Part shown: positions 26,728 to 42,981 of the stretch, in pieces
How positions within the stretch are numbered: position 1 is the first letter of the stretch
How the letters are laid out: each line of letters begins with the position of its first letter
From: an uncultured Candidatus Rokubacteria bacterium
GTDB lineage: Bacteria; Methylomirabilota; Methylomirabilia; Rokubacteriales; CSP1-6
Direction: 5' to 3'
Assembly (NCBI GenBank): GCA_963747235.1
Contig: CAVVEU010000040.1
Coordinates: 192,001-256,000 of the forward strand
Length of the DNA: 64,000 bases
Program-made: the position numbers and the translations under genes
The notes under the pieces: model-generated
Told to the model about the DNA's origin: nothing
The model's input: the letters and a program-made list of their open reading frames with translations, nothing else
The model's database searches: none

Positions 26728-27857
26728 CAGCGGCGCGCCTCCAGCAGCGTCACCCAGTTGTTGGTGGCGAGCCCGCCGATGGACTGGGCCAGCGCCACGC
26801 GCGCCTCCACCTGGCGCCCGTCGGCCCGCCCGGTGAGCTGCCAGAAGAGCTCCACGATCTGCGAGATGCCGGTCGCGGCGAGCGGGTGGCCGCGCGCCTT
26901 GAGCCCGCCGGAGGTGTTCACGGGCAGCCGCCCGTCGATGGCGGTCTCCCCGTCGAGCGTCGCCCGCCCCGCCTTGCCCACCGGCACGAGCCCGGTGTCC
27001 TCGAGCGAGATCAGCTCGAACGGGGCGAAGGCGTCGTGGATCTCCGCCACCTCCACCCGCGCCGCGCCCGAAGCCGGCCATGCGATAGGCCGCCTCCGCC
27101 GCGGCCTGCGTGGCGCGGAACGAGGTCAGGTCCGTGCGGTAGCGCACCGCGATGGTGTCCGCCCCCTGCCCGATCCCCGCCACCCGCACCGCGCGCCGGT
27201 CCAGGGTCAGCAAGATCGCGGCGCGCGCCGTCGGAGATCGGGCAGCAGTGGAAGAGGCGCAGCGGATCGGCCACGAGCCGGCTCTCCATCACCGCCTCGA
27301 GCGTCACCGCCTCCTGGAAGTGGGCGTAGGGATTCCGCGCGCCGTGGGCGTGGTTCTTCACCGCCACCTGCGAGATCTCCCGCAGCGAGAGCCCGCGCCG
27401 GTGCATGACCGCGCGCGTGATGAGGCCGGCGAGGGCGGGCATGGTGGTGCCGTAGCTTCTCTCGTGCGGATCGATGGAGCGGCCGATGATCTCGGACACG
27501 CGCGGCGTCGGCAGGTGGGTCATCTTCTCGCCGCCCACCACGAGCACGGAGCGGTGGAAGCCGGCCGCCATCGCGGCGAAGGCCGCGTAGACGGCGGCCA
27601 CCCCGGAGGACGTCGCGGTCTCCACGCGCAGCGGCGGGCACGTGCGAGAGGCCGAGGTGCGTGGCGATCAGCGAGCCGTAGTTGCCCTCGCCGGTGAACT
27701 CCTCGGGATTCATCGCGGCGACCACGAGGGCGTCGGGCCGCTCGATGCCCGCGTCGTGCAGGGCGGCCAGGCCCGCCTCCGCCATCAGGTCCGGGAGGTT
27801 CTCGTCGCGCCGGCCGAAGCGGGTCATCCCCGCGCCGGCGATCCACACGTCGCTCAC
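26727..27857 (-). CDS. Thiolase-fold (SCP2/Ltp2-like) protein (frameshifts)
   Basis: [59 protein letters not shown]; nucleophile position reads ETATSSG. Confidence 0.85.
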
Positions 27858-27866
27858 CCGTCCATT

Positions 27867-28238
27867 TCAAACCGGGGCGTGACCGGGTGTCAACGTGTTT
27901 GCGCCGGCGCGGCGGCCGCCGCCGGTCGGCCCCTCCACCTCCGCGCGCCGCGAGGGCAATGGCCCGGGCGGCGGCACGCGGATCTCGAACTCGCGGATCA
28001 GGCGCAGCAGGTACGTGCGCTGGAGGCCCAGCGCCCGCGCCGCGCGCGTGCGGTTGCCGCCCGCCTGCGTGAGCGTGGCCTCGAGCAGCCGGCGCTTGAA
28101 GTCGGAGACCGCGCCGTGAAAGCCGGGCAGCGGCCGCGCGGGGGCGGTCGGCACCGCGCTCGATTCGGAGAGGCCCTTGGGCATGCGGGCCGGTGATGGC
28201 CGGGGAGCGGTCTCGGGAGCGGGCATCAAGGCTGTCAT
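27867..28238 (-). CDS. Stand-alone Fis-type (HTH_8) DNA-binding protein
   Basis: AVSDFKRRLLEATLTQAGGNRTRAARALGLQRTYLLRLIRE; start could be 28238, 28226 or 28184. Confidence 0.75.
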   Translation of the reverse strand: MTALMPAPETAPRPSPARMPKGLSESSAVPTAPARPLPGFHGAVSDFKRRLLEATLTQAGGNRTRAARALGLQRTYLLRLIREFEIRVPPPGPLPSRRAEVEGPTGGGRRAGANTLTPGHAPV

Positions 28239-28251
28239 GCGCGAGCCCTCT

Positions 28252-28267
28252 CGCAAGGCCTGTGCCA
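28252..28267 (-). promoter_or_regulatory. Sigma54 (-24/-12) promoter
   Basis: Minus strand reads TGGCAC-AGGCC-TTGCG, just upstream of the Fis-HTH gene and downstream of the ferredoxin terminator. Confidence 0.65.
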
Positions 28268-28384
28268 CGCGCTGGCAGTGCGCGGAACCCGCGAATTGGC
28301 CCGCAGCCGCGCACGTCGCGTGCACCGCGCCGTGTGCAGCCCGCGCGCAGCCGTGCCGTCGCGTCAGGGCACGTGCGCCAGGGC

Positions 28385-28415
28385 AAAAAAAGAGGGACCC
28401 GCGAACGGGCCCCTC
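28385..28415 (-). terminator. Rho-independent terminator of the ferredoxin gene
   Basis: GAGGGGCCCG-TTCG-CGGGTCCCTC followed by T7. Confidence 0.9.
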
Positions 28416-28442
28416 GCGACGGCGAACGGACGGCCGAGCCGG

Positions 28443-28709
28443 CTACGCCTTGGTGGCCGGCTTGACGCCCGGGTTGTCCTTGAAGAACTGCTTGTTCAGC
28501 TCGATGTAGTTCTTCCAGTTCGCCGGCGTCTCGTCTTCCGCGAAGATCGCCTTCACCGGGCAGACGGGCTCGCAGGCCCCGCAGTCGATGCACTCATCCG
28601 GGTGGATGTAGAGCATGGTCTCGCCCTCGTAGATGCAGTCCACGGGGCAGACCTCGACGCAGGCCTTGTCCTTCACGTTGATGCAGGGCTCCGCGATGAT
28701 ATACGCCAT
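28443..28709 (-). CDS. fdxA: Ferredoxin (FdxA, 7Fe type)
   Basis: YIIAEPCINVKDKACVEVCPVDCIY...IHPDECIDCGACEPVCPV. Confidence 0.93.
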   Translation of the reverse strand: MAYIIAEPCINVKDKACVEVCPVDCIYEGETMLYIHPDECIDCGACEPVCPVKAIFAEDETPANWKNYIELNKQFFKDNPGVKPATKA

Positions 28710-28761
28710 TCCGGCCTCCTGTTAACCGGTGACCCTGGATACCTGCCTGGAAACCCACACA

Positions 28762-28790
28762 TTTCTACCAACTTGCGCCGCAGGTGTCAA
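28762..28790 (-). promoter_or_regulatory. Sigma70-type promoter for ferredoxin
   Basis: TTGACA-N17-TAGAAA with TGn extension. Confidence 0.55.
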
Positions 28791-28805
28791 GCCGTTTGAC
28801 CTCAC

Positions 28806-29734
28806 CTAGAGGGTGCGGAGCTTGGGGTCGAGCGCGTCGCGGAGGGAGTCGCCGAACAGGTTGAAGGCGAACACGGCCAGGCTGATGGCCAGGCCCGGGA
28901 AGAGCGCCATCCAGGGCGCCGCCTCCGCGAAGTCCACCGCGGCCCCCCGCAGCATGAGCCCCCACGCGGGCGTCGGCTCCTGCACGCCCAGGCCCAGGAA
29001 CGACAGCGAGGACTCGAGCAGGATGGCCTGGCTCAGGAACGCGGTCAGCATGATCAGGTAGGACGCGACCACGTTCGGCAGCATGTGGCGCAGGATGATG
29101 CGCACGTGGCCGAAGCCGGCGGCCCGCGCCGCGTCCACGTAGGGCATCTCGCGGATCGTCAGCGCGGAGGAGCGGATGACGAGCGCGGCGCGCGGGATCA
29201 TCGGGATCGTGATGGCCATGATCACGTTCGGGATGGAGTTGCCGAGGATCGCCACCAGGGCCAGCGCCAGGATGATCAGCGGGAACGAGAGGAAGATGTC
29301 CATGAGGCGCTGGAGGTAGAGATCCACCCGCCCGCCGAAGTAGGCGCTGCCCACGCCCAGGATGGCCCCGATGGTGGCGCCCATCAGCGCGGCGCCGAAG
29401 CCCACCAGGAGCGCGGTGCGCGAGCCGTAGATGAGCCGCGAGAGCACGTCGCGGCCGAAGGCGTCGGTGCCGAGCCAGTGCGCGCCGTTGGGCGCGCGCG
29501 AGCATGGCGCCGAAGTCCACCGCCACCGGGTCGTAGGGCGCGAGCGGCGCCCGCGAACACCGCCGAGCACGAGCATGAGCAGCACCACCGCCGCGCCCAC
29601 CGCGCCCAGGGTGCGGTGGCGCGCGAAGTCGCGGGTCGCGGCCACCAGCGGGCTCGCGCGGTTCGGCGCTTCGGCTGCGGCATCGGCGGCGCATGCTTGA
29701 TCTGGCGTCGAACGGCTGAGCGTTGATGCGCCAT
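28806..29734 (-). CDS. Peptide/nickel ABC permease (DppC-like; frameshifts)
   Basis: HWLGTDAFGRDVLSRLIYG, YVDAARAAG, RHMLPN, LSFLGLG. Confidence 0.9.
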
Positions 29735-29741
29735 GGCAGTC

Positions 29742-30696
29742 TTACCGGAACCGGATTCGGGGGTCGATCCAGGCGTACATGACGTCCATGACGAAGTTCA
29801 CGAAGATGAAGATGCCCGGCGACCAGCATCACGAGGGCCTGGATCAGCGTGTAGTCGCGGTGGGCCACCGCCTGCACGAAGAGCAGCCCGATCCCGTTCA
29901 GGTTGAAGACCTGCTCGGTCACGACGAGCCCGCCGATGAGGAAGGCGAACTCGAGCGCGATCACGGTCAGCACCGGCAGCATCGCGTTCTTGAGCGCGTG
30001 GCGGACCAGGATCAGGCGCTGGGCGAGCCCCTTGGCCCGCGCGGTCCGCATGTAGTCCTCGCGCAGCACCTCGAGCATGGCGGAGCGGGTCATGCGGGTC
30101 GCCACCGCCGAGTAGCGGTAGCCGACCGCGAGCGCCGGCCAGACGAGCTGCAGCATGTTCTGCCACGGGTTCACCCAGAACGGGGTGTAGACCATGGGCG
30201 GCAGCCACTTGAAGACGATCAGGAACGTGAGGATGAACAGGATGCCGAGCCAGAACGACGGCATCGCCAGGCCCGCGATCGAGAAGATGCGGACGGCGTA
30301 GTCCACCCAGGTGTCCTGCTTGAGCGCGGCGAGGACCCCTAACGGCATCGCCAGGAGCACCGCCACGATGGTGGCCATGATCGCCACCTGCAGCGACAGC
30401 GCGAAGCGGAGCTTGATCTCCTCGCCAGATCGGCGACCCGGTCCACATCGAGGTGCCGAAGTCGAGGCGGACCACCCCCACATCCACGTCCCGAACTGCT
30501 TCCAGAGCGGCTGGTCGAGGCCGAACCGCTCACGCTCCATCTTGATGGCGGCGTCGGAGGCGGCCCCGCGATCGCCGGCGAGCCGGAGCTCGACGACGTC
30601 GCCCGGGATCGACGCGGATGAGGACGAAGATGACGACCGCCACCCCGATGAGGGTGGGGAACATGAGGAGGAATCGCTTCAGAGGTACTTCCACAT
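29742..30696 (-). CDS. Peptide/nickel ABC permease (DppB-like; frameshifts)
   Basis: FGLDQPLWKQF, MPSFWLG, RMTRSAMLEVLREDYMRTARAKGL, RHALKN, YAWIDPRIR. Confidence 0.9.
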
Positions 30697-30705
30697 GAGC
30701 TGGGA

Positions 30706-30743
30706 GCGGGCCCGCGCCGGTCGGAGCTCCGGCGCGGGCCCGC
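30706..30743. other. GC-rich 15-bp hairpin between the substrate-binding and permease genes
   Basis: GCGGGCCCGCGCCGG-N8-CCGGCGCGGGCCCGC with no U-tract; typical position for an mRNA-stabilising stem. Confidence 0.65.
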
Positions 30744-30754
30744 CGCGGCCTCGC

Positions 30755-32365
30755 TTACTCCGACAGCCAGACCGTGTCGAGCTGGTTGTTGAGGTAGTGG
30801 CTGGGGGTGATCGTCCAGCCCTTCACCTTCGAGTTGTGCGGGATGATGCGGTGCCACTGGAGCGTCCAGAGCACGTGCACCTCCTCGTCGAGCAGGCGCT
30901 TCTCGAAGGCGCGGAGGTACTTCTTGCGCTCCTCCACGTCGGTGGCCCGGGCCTGCTTCTCGAACAGCTCGTCGATCATCTTGTCCTTGTGCTTGCCGTA
31001 GTTCGCGTCCGACGTGCTGACGAAACGCGGAAGGTCCAGGTCGGGCTCGACGATGAAGCCGCACTGGAAGTCCATCGCGACCTCGAAGTCTCCGCGCTTG
31101 AGCATCGGGTAGTACGCGGACGCCTCGATCATCTCCTGCTTGACGTTGAGCCCGATCTGCCGCCACTGGTCGATGAGCCAGATGCCCACGGGCTCGTACG
31201 GGATGCGGGATGCCGCGGTTCTTGAAGGTGAACGAGAAGCCGTCGGGCACGCCCGCCTCGCGCAGCAGGCGCTTGGCCTCGGCGCGGTGGCGTTGATGTC
31301 GCGCCCGTAGCCCGCCAGCTTCTCGAGCTCCGCGGGCGGGGTCGCGTACGGGGTGCCCGGCACCTGGATGCCCGCTCACGTCCCTGACGATCGTGATCTT
31401 GGAGAGCGTCTTGGAGCCCTCGTAGCGGTCGAGCGCGAGCGAGAGGGCGCGCCGGACCCGCTTGTCGTCGAAGGGCTTCTTCTCGTGGTGCATCGAGACG
31501 AAGTTCAGGCAGTCCCAGGGGCTCTCCTGCACCGTGATCTTGTGGCCCAGCGCCTGGACGAGGCTGTCGCGCTCGGCCGGGCTGAAGCCGCGGAACTGGA
31601 TGTGCGCGCGCTCGCCCCGGATCGCCGCCACCTGCGGCCGAGGACGAGCTCATGAAGATCGCCCGGTAGCCGTCGAGGTAGGGCTTGCCCTTGTCCCAGT
31701 AGTCCGGGTTCTTCTTGCCGACCCAGTGCGAGCCCTTGACGTGCTCGACGAAGGTGAAGGGACCGGTCCCCATCGACGTTCTTCTCGTACCAGTGCATGT
31801 CCTTGGCGAGGATGTCGGCCTTGTAGATCCAGTTCCAGGGCGAGGCCAGGTTCAGCAGGAAGGACGACTCGGGCCACTTCAGCCGGAAGCGGACGGTGTA
31901 GGGCGTCCGGCGCCTCCACCACCTCGACCGAGCGCGTAGGCGTCCTTGCGCAGCGACTTCACGCCCGCGGGCGGGAAGATGATCTTGTCGTAGGAGGCCT
32001 TCACGTCCTTGGACGTCATGTCGCTGCCGTCGTGGAACTTCACCCCGTGACGGAGCTTGAACGTGTAGACCAGTCCCGTCCTTGGAGATCGTCCAGGACT
32101 CCGCGAGGTCTCCGACCGGCTTGGTGCCCGTCTTGTCGAACGGGTCCACCTTGAGGAGCGTGCTGTAGTGCGGCGCCATCGGGTGGATGACCCCGAAGGT
32201 CTCCTCCTCGTGCGCGTCGTAGGAGGGCGGCTCCGAGGGCACCACGAAGAGGAGCTCGCCGCCGGAGCGGGGCTTGTCCTGGGCGACCGCCCCGGTCCAA
32301 CCACTGGACAGCACCAGAGCCAGTGCGATGAGCGAGTAGCGCAGCCAATTGTGACGCTGGTGCAT
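30755..32365 (-). CDS. ABC substrate-binding protein, family 5 (DppA-like; frameshifts)
   Basis: Signal peptide; GDLAESWTIS, YTFKLRHGVKFHDG, GTGPF, PYLDG, PFDDKRVRRAL. Confidence 0.9.
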
Positions 32366-32454
32366 GAGCCACCTCCCCGATGAGATGTGCGGCCGAGCCT
32401 GTTGAGGAATCAATCCGTGAGGATGGATCTATCGGTTCCCGTCTAAGTTTCGCT

Positions 32455-32484
32455 ACTTTAGCGGGCAGCGGCCCGCGCTGTCAA
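32455..32484 (-). promoter_or_regulatory. Sigma70-type promoter for the substrate-binding gene
   Basis: TTGACA-N18-TAAAGT followed by an AT-richer leader. Confidence 0.5.
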
Positions 32485-32491
32485 GCCTGAC

Positions 32492-33481
32492 CTACAGCGC
32501 GGATACAGGCCGCCAGGTGCCCGGGCTTGATCTCCCGCAGCTCCGGGACGATCTGGCGGCAATCGGCCATGGCGATCGGGCAGCGGGGGTGGAAGACGCA
32601 CCCCGACGGCGGGTTCAGCGGGCTCGGCACCTCCCCGCCCAGGACCATCGTGCTCCCGCAAGGCCTCCACGGCCGGGTCCGGAATGGGCACCGCCGAGAG
32701 CAGGGCCTTCGTATAGGGGTGCTGGGGGTCCTCGTAGAGCGACTTCCGGTCCGTGATCTCCACGATCTTGCCCAGGTACATCACGGCCACCCGGTCGGAG
32801 ATGTGGCGCACCACCGAGAGGTCGTGGGCCACGAACAGGTAGGTCAGCCCGAACTCGGTCTGGAGCTCCTCCAGGAGGTTGATGATCTGGGCCTGGATCG
32901 AGACGTCCAGCGCCGAGACCGGCTCGTCGCAGATGATCAGGCTCGGCTCCATGGCCAGCGCCCGGGCGATGCCGACGCGCTGGCGCTGCCCGCCCGAGAG
33001 CTCGTGCGGGTACCGTCGGGCCATGGCTGGGCAGCAGGCCCGCGTGGCGGAGCAGCTCGTGGACCCGCGCGGCGCGGGCGGCCCGGTCCGGCACGATGCC
33101 GTGGACGGCCAGCGGCTCCGAGATGATCTGGCCCACGGTCATCCGCGGGTTGAGCGAGCTGTACGGGTCCTGGAAGATGACCTGCATGCGCCGGCGCACC
33201 CCGCGCAGCTCGGCGTCCGAGAGCTTCGCCATGTCCCGGCCCTCGAAGATCACCTCGCCGCTGGTGGGCGGCTCCAGCCGGAGGATGCCGCGGCCGGTGG
33301 TGGTCTTGCCGCAGCCCGACTCGCCCACCAGGCCCAGCGTCTCGCCGCGGCGGATCGAGAAGCTCACGCCGTCCACCGCCTTCACGGTCGCCGCGCGGCC
33401 GCCGAAGAGGCCGCCGCCGATCTGGAAGTGCTTGACCAGGTTCCTGACTTCCAGTATTGCTTCGTCGCCCTTCGGGCTCAT
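32492..33481 (-). CDS. ABC ATP-binding protein (DppF/OppF-like; frameshifts)
   Basis: [46 protein letters not shown]. Confidence 0.92.
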
Positions 33482-33505
33482 CGCGCGTCGGGGCTAACGC
33501 GCCGC

Positions 33506-34504
33506 TCACTTCGGCGCGGGGTCGAGGGTTGGCAGGTCCCGGGCGAGCCAGCAGGCGGAGAGGTGGTCGGCGCTGATCTCGTCGAGCGGGGGCACCTCCG
33601 CGCGGCAGCGGTCGACGACGTAGGCGCAGCGCGGCGCGAAGGAGCAGCCCGCGGGCAGGCGCGAGAGGTCGGGGGGCTGGCCGGGAATCGGCTGCAGCTT
33701 GGCCCGGCGCGGCTCGTCCAGCCGCGGCACCGAGCGCAGCAGCCCGAGCGTGTAGGGATGGCGCGGGTTGGCGTAGATCTCGCGCGCGCTCGCGCGCTCC
33801 ACGATCTTGCCCGCGTACATCACGTTCACCCGGTCCGCGTAGCGCGCGACCACGCCCAGGTTGTGCGTGATCATCAGGATCGCGACGCCCAGCCGCCGCG
33901 AGAGACTCTTCATGAGCTCGAGAATCTGGGCCTGGATCGTCACGTCGAGCGCGGTGGTCGGCTCGTCGGCCAGGATCAGCGCCGGATCGCAGGCCAGCGC
34001 CATCGCGATCATGATCCGCTGCCGCATCCCCCCGCTGAACTGGTGCGGGAACTGGCGGAGGCGCCGCGCCCCGTCCGTGATGCCCACCAGCGAGAGCATC
34101 TCGATCGCCCGGGCCTGCGCCTGCGCCCGCGTCATGCCGAGGTGGATCTCGAGCGGCTCGGTGAGCTGGCGCCCGACGGTGAGCACCGGGTTCAGCGAGG
34201 TCATGGGCTCCTGGAAGATCATGCCGATCTCCCGCCCGCGCACCTTGCGCATCTCCTCTTCCGGGAGCGCGAGGAGGTTCCGTCCCTTGAAGAGGATCTC
34301 GCCTTCGACGATGCGCCCGGCCGGCGCCGACACGAGCCGCATCACGGAGAGCGCGCTGACCGACTTGCCGCAGCCCGACTCGCCCACGAGGGCCACCGTC
34401 TCGCCCTTGCGGACATTCCACGACACGCCGTCCACCGCGCGGACCACTCCCGCCTTGGTGTGGAACTGGGTCCGGAGGCCACGGACGTCGAGGAGCACTT
34501 CCAT
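33506..34504 (-). CDS. ABC ATP-binding protein (DppD/OppD-like)
   Basis: GESGCGKSV, FQEPMTSLNP, QFSGGMRQR, ADEPTTALD, C-terminal Cys cluster. Confidence 0.93.
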   Translation of the reverse strand: MEVLLDVRGLRTQFHTKAGVVRAVDGVSWNVRKGETVALVGESGCGKSVSALSVMRLVSAPAGRIVEGEILFKGRNLLALPEEEMRKVRGREIGMIFQEPMTSLNPVLTVGRQLTEPLEIHLGMTRAQAQARAIEMLSLVGITDGARRLRQFPHQFSGGMRQRIMIAMALACDPALILADEPTTALDVTIQAQILELMKSLSRRLGVAILMITHNLGVVARYADRVNVMYAGKIVERASAREIYANPRHPYTLGLLRSVPRLDEPRRAKLQPIPGQPPDLSRLPAGCSFAPRCAYVVDRCRAEVPPLDEISADHLSACWLARDLPTLDPAPK

Positions 34505-34539
34505 ATCCGGCGGCGAGTCTACCATACCGCCCGCGGCGA

Positions 34540-35448
34540 TCAGCGGGAGCGCAGCGGAGCCCGCTCCTCGACACCCGGCAGCGCGGTGCGGAAGGTGTCG
34601 CAGTCCTGCGCCCGGCCCGACTCGAGCCCGCGCCGGAACCAGCCCGCGCGCTGGCGGGCCGAGCCGTGGGTCCAGGTCTCGGGCGTCATGCGGCTGCCGG
34701 CCTGCTTCTGGATGCGGTCGTCGCCCACCGCCGAGGCGGCCGCCAAGGCCTCCTCGACGTCGCCTTCTTCGAGCAGCCGCCGCTCGTTGGTGGAGTGCGC
34801 CCAGACGCCGGCCAGGCAGTCGGCCTGCAGCTCGACCCGCACCGACCGCGCGTTGGCGCGGTCGGGACGGGTCTGCTGCCCGCGCTCCTGCCCGATCAGG
34901 CCCAGCAGGTGCTGGACGTGATGGCCGATCTCGTGGGCCAGCACGTAGGCCTGGGCGAAGTCGCCCGGGGCCCCGAACCGGTTCCTGAGATCGTGGTAGA
35001 AACCCAGGTCGATGTAGACCTTCCGGTCCTCGGGGCAGTAGAAGGGTCCGGCCGCCGCATCCGCCGCGCCGCAGCCGGAGCGGACCGCGTCGGTGAAGAG
35101 CACGAGCTTGGCCCGCTCGTACTCCCGGCCGAGGCGGGTGAACTCGCGGGCCCACGTGTTCTGCACGTCGTCGAGGACGAACGACATGAAGTCCGCGGCC
35201 TGCTCCTCGGCGGGCGAGCTCTTGCGCGCCGGGTCCGTCGGCGCGCCACCGCCCGGCGACGGCGTGAGGTCCCCGCTGCCGTCGAGCAGCGCGAAGAAGT
35301 TCTGGCCGAAGACCAGGCTCAGCACGAGCAGGATGACCGCGCCGCCCAGGCCGATGCCGCCGCCCACGCGCAGCCCCGAACCGCGCCCGGGCGATTCACC
35401 TCTCCGGTCCTCGAGGTCCTCGCTGCGGTTCCCCCGCGTCCAGCGCAT
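34540..35448 (-). CDS. Neutral zinc metallopeptidase (YpfJ family)
   Basis: [43 protein letters not shown]. Confidence 0.9.
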   Translation of the reverse strand: MRWTRGNRSEDLEDRRGESPGRGSGLRVGGGIGLGGAVILLVLSLVFGQNFFALLDGSGDLTPSPGGGAPTDPARKSSPAEEQAADFMSFVLDDVQNTWAREFTRLGREYERAKLVLFTDAVRSGCGAADAAAGPFYCPEDRKVYIDLGFYHDLRNRFGAPGDFAQAYVLAHEIGHHVQHLLGLIGQERGQQTRPDRANARSVRVELQADCLAGVWAHSTNERRLLEEGDVEEALAAASAVGDDRIQKQAGSRMTPETWTHGSARQRAGWFRRGLESGRAQDCDTFRTALPGVEERAPLRSR

Positions 35449-35451
35449 GAC

Positions 35452-36605
35452 CTATCTCCTAGGGCTGCCCGCCCAGTCGGTCCTAGGCGCGCAGGAGGTG
35501 ACCCCGAGCTCGGCGACGACTTCGCGGATGGCCTGCAGGGCGCCCGCGCATCTCGGTCTCCCCGAGCGCGCCGATGCAGCCGACACGGAAGCTGTCGGCC
35601 ACCGTGAGCTTGCCGGGGTAGATCACGTAGCCGCGCCGGGCCAGCCGGTCGTAGAAGGTCTCGAAGTGGAACTTCGGATCGGCGGGCATGCGGACCGTGA
35701 CGATGATCGGCGCCTGCAGCCGGTCCGGCAGCAGCGTCTCGAAGCCCATGCCGCGCAGGCCCTCCACCAGCAGCGCGCAGTTGCGGCGGTAGCGCGCGCC
35801 CCGGCCGGCCACCCCGCCCTCGGCCGTGTGCTGCTCCAGCGCGCGATCGAGCGCCGCGAGGACGTGGGTGGGCGGCGTGAAGCGCCACTGCCCGTTCTTC
35901 TCCATCGCGACCCACTGGTCGTGCAGGTCGAGGCTCAGCGACGGCGCCTGGCCGCGCGCCTCCTCCAGCGCCTCGCGCCGGATGATCGCGAAGCCCACGC
36001 CCGGAACGCCTTCGAGGCACTTGTTGGCGGAGGCCACCAGGGCGTCGAAGGGCACGCGCCGGGCGTCGAGCGGGATCGCGCCGAAGGCGCTCATCGCGTC
36101 GATCAGCAGGCGGCGCCGGTGCCGCGCCGTCACCGCCGCGATCTCCTCGACCGGGTTCAGCACGCCCGAGGTGGTCTCGCAGTGCACCACCACCACGTGC
36201 GTCACGGCGGGATCGCGCGCCAGCGCGGCGTCGAGCACCGCCGGGTCGGCCGGCTGATCCTCCGCCGTCTCCTGGACCACACAGGCCCGACGGTAGTACT
36301 CGCACATGCGGACCATGCGCCGTCCGTAGGCCCCGTTGACCAGCACCAGGAGCTTGCCCGCCGGCGGCACCAGCGTGCCGATCATGGCCTCGACAACGAA
36401 TGTGCCGCTGCCCTGCAGCGGGACACACACGTGGCTGCCGTCGCCCGTGCACCAGCTCGGTCAAACGCCGGCGCACCCGCGCGTTCATCGCGATGAACTC
36501 GCCGTCGCGCGAGCCCCAGTCGCGCAGCATCGCTTCCTTGGTGGCGCGCGTGGTGGTGAGCGGGCCCGGGGTCAGCAGGAACGGCTCGCGCGGCGTGGCG
36601 TCCAT
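35452..36605 (-). CDS. phnW: 2-aminoethylphosphonate:pyruvate transaminase (frameshifts)
   Basis: [72 protein letters not shown]. Confidence 0.93.
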
Positions 36606-36622
36606 GGCTTGGTCCTTTCGCC

Positions 36623-41539
<4,917 letters not shown>

Positions 41540-41543
<4 letters not shown>

Positions 41544-42535
41544 GGGCGATCCCCCCCGGTGACCCGGATATTGAAGACGTCCTCCGGCGACGGGCCGAAG
41601 CCGTACTTGTACGGCTCCTCGCCGCGCAGGAAGTCGAAGGTGGGGATGCCGCGCTCGATGGCGTCCTGGATGAGGTGCGCGAGCAGCACGATGCCGGGCG
41701 CGAGCTGGGCACGCGCCGGATCGAAGCCCGAGTTGTAGAGCCCGACGCTCCCCGCGTACTCGAGGCAGATGAACGCGGCCACCGCCGCGCCCTCGTACTC
41801 GAGGAACCAGAGCCGCGCCCAGCCCTTCGCGGCGAGGATCGCGGTGGCGGCGCGGAAGAAGCGCTCCATGCGCTCGTCCATGAAGCGCGCCTTGCCGACC
41901 TTGGAGAGACGGTGCAGCGTCAGGAAGCGCGTCATCGCCTCGTCCCAGCCGGCCGCGTCCGCGTGGGAGCGCACGGTCGCCCCGGGCAGCTCCCGCTCGA
42001 GGCGGCGCATCTTGCGCCGGAGCTCGTGCCGGTCCTTGCCGGAGAGCCTGGCCAGGTACTCGTCCCAGGTCTTGGGCAGCGCCAGCACGGGGCAGCGATC
42101 CTGCCGCTCCACCGTCGCCCGCAGCCCGTGGGCCGGCGCGAGCGCGGGCAGCACGGTCGCGGTGGCCGAGGCGGCGCGGATGCCGTGCAGATCCCACTCG
42201 CCGGGCTGGCCGGCGCGGTGCTGCAGCAGCGCCTGCCAGATCTCTTCCTCGCGTCCGGCGATCGCGATCAGGTCGAGATAGTCGGAGACGTCCACCCCGC
42301 CGATGATCCGCTGCCGCCCGGGCCCGTCCTCGTAGAGCGGCAGCACCCCGACCAGGCTGCCGTCGGCGTCGGTCGCGGTCAGGATCTGCTGGGGGCGGTC
42401 CGCCGCGAAGGCCCGGCTCCACTCGGTCTGCCACTGCCAGGTGAGGAAGAGCGAGGGCAGGCGCGAGCGGTCGAGCAGGGCGTTCCAGCGGCCCTCGTCC
42501 AGGGCCGCGAGGCCGGGCAGCACGTCGATCTTCAC
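41540..42535 (-). CDS. GNAT acetyltransferase, CelD/BcsL-like
   Basis: FLTWQWQ, VSDYLD, YNSGFDP..AQLAPG, FDFLRGEEPYKY.FG. Confidence 0.85.
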
Positions 42536-42924
42536 GCCGACAGCTCCCCCGCGTCGTCCCCGCCGCCGCCCGGGTCCATCAGGGCGCCGTCGTCATCGCC
42601 GGGCCCGCCGCCCTCGCCCATCGCCTCGTCCATGGCCGAGTCGAGGTCCTCGCCCAGGTCCTCCCCCATCTCGTGCCCCATCTTCTTGACGAACCGGGCC
42701 ACGCTCTGGGGATCGTTCTCGTCGAGGTCGCCGAAGCTGGAGGGGTCGGAGAGGGAGTCGAGGCGGGCGTCTTCGGATTTGACGGTGGCGAAGCGGGACA
42801 TCAGGCGGGACAGCGCGACGCTGCCGCAGCGCGGACATCGCGGCGCCTCGGCGGCGGACAGGGTCCGGATCAGAAGGCTGACCCGCCGCTGACACCCCTG
42901 GCACTCGTACTCGTAAATCGGCAC
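42532..42924 (-). CDS. FmdB-family zinc-ribbon protein with acidic tail
   Basis: (M)PIYEYECQGC...CPRCGS..L.RLMS. Confidence 0.85.
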   Translation of the reverse strand: MPIYEYECQGCQRRVSLLIRTLSAAEAPRCPRCGSVALSRLMSRFATVKSEDARLDSLSDPSSFGDLDENDPQSVARFVKKMGHEMGEDLGEDLDSAMDEAMGEGGGPGDDDGALMDPGGGGDDAGELSA

Positions 42925-42981
42925 GCGCCTGCCCTCCCGCCCCGTTTGGATGCGCCATTCTATCACGTGGATTCCGGGCGT

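Noticed and set aside
28806-34504. Dpp-type ABC transporter as the phosphonate importer
   Set aside because: It is adjacent and co-oriented, but family 5 binding proteins are not the known AEP carriers and this one has its own promoter; the sequence gives no substrate evidence.
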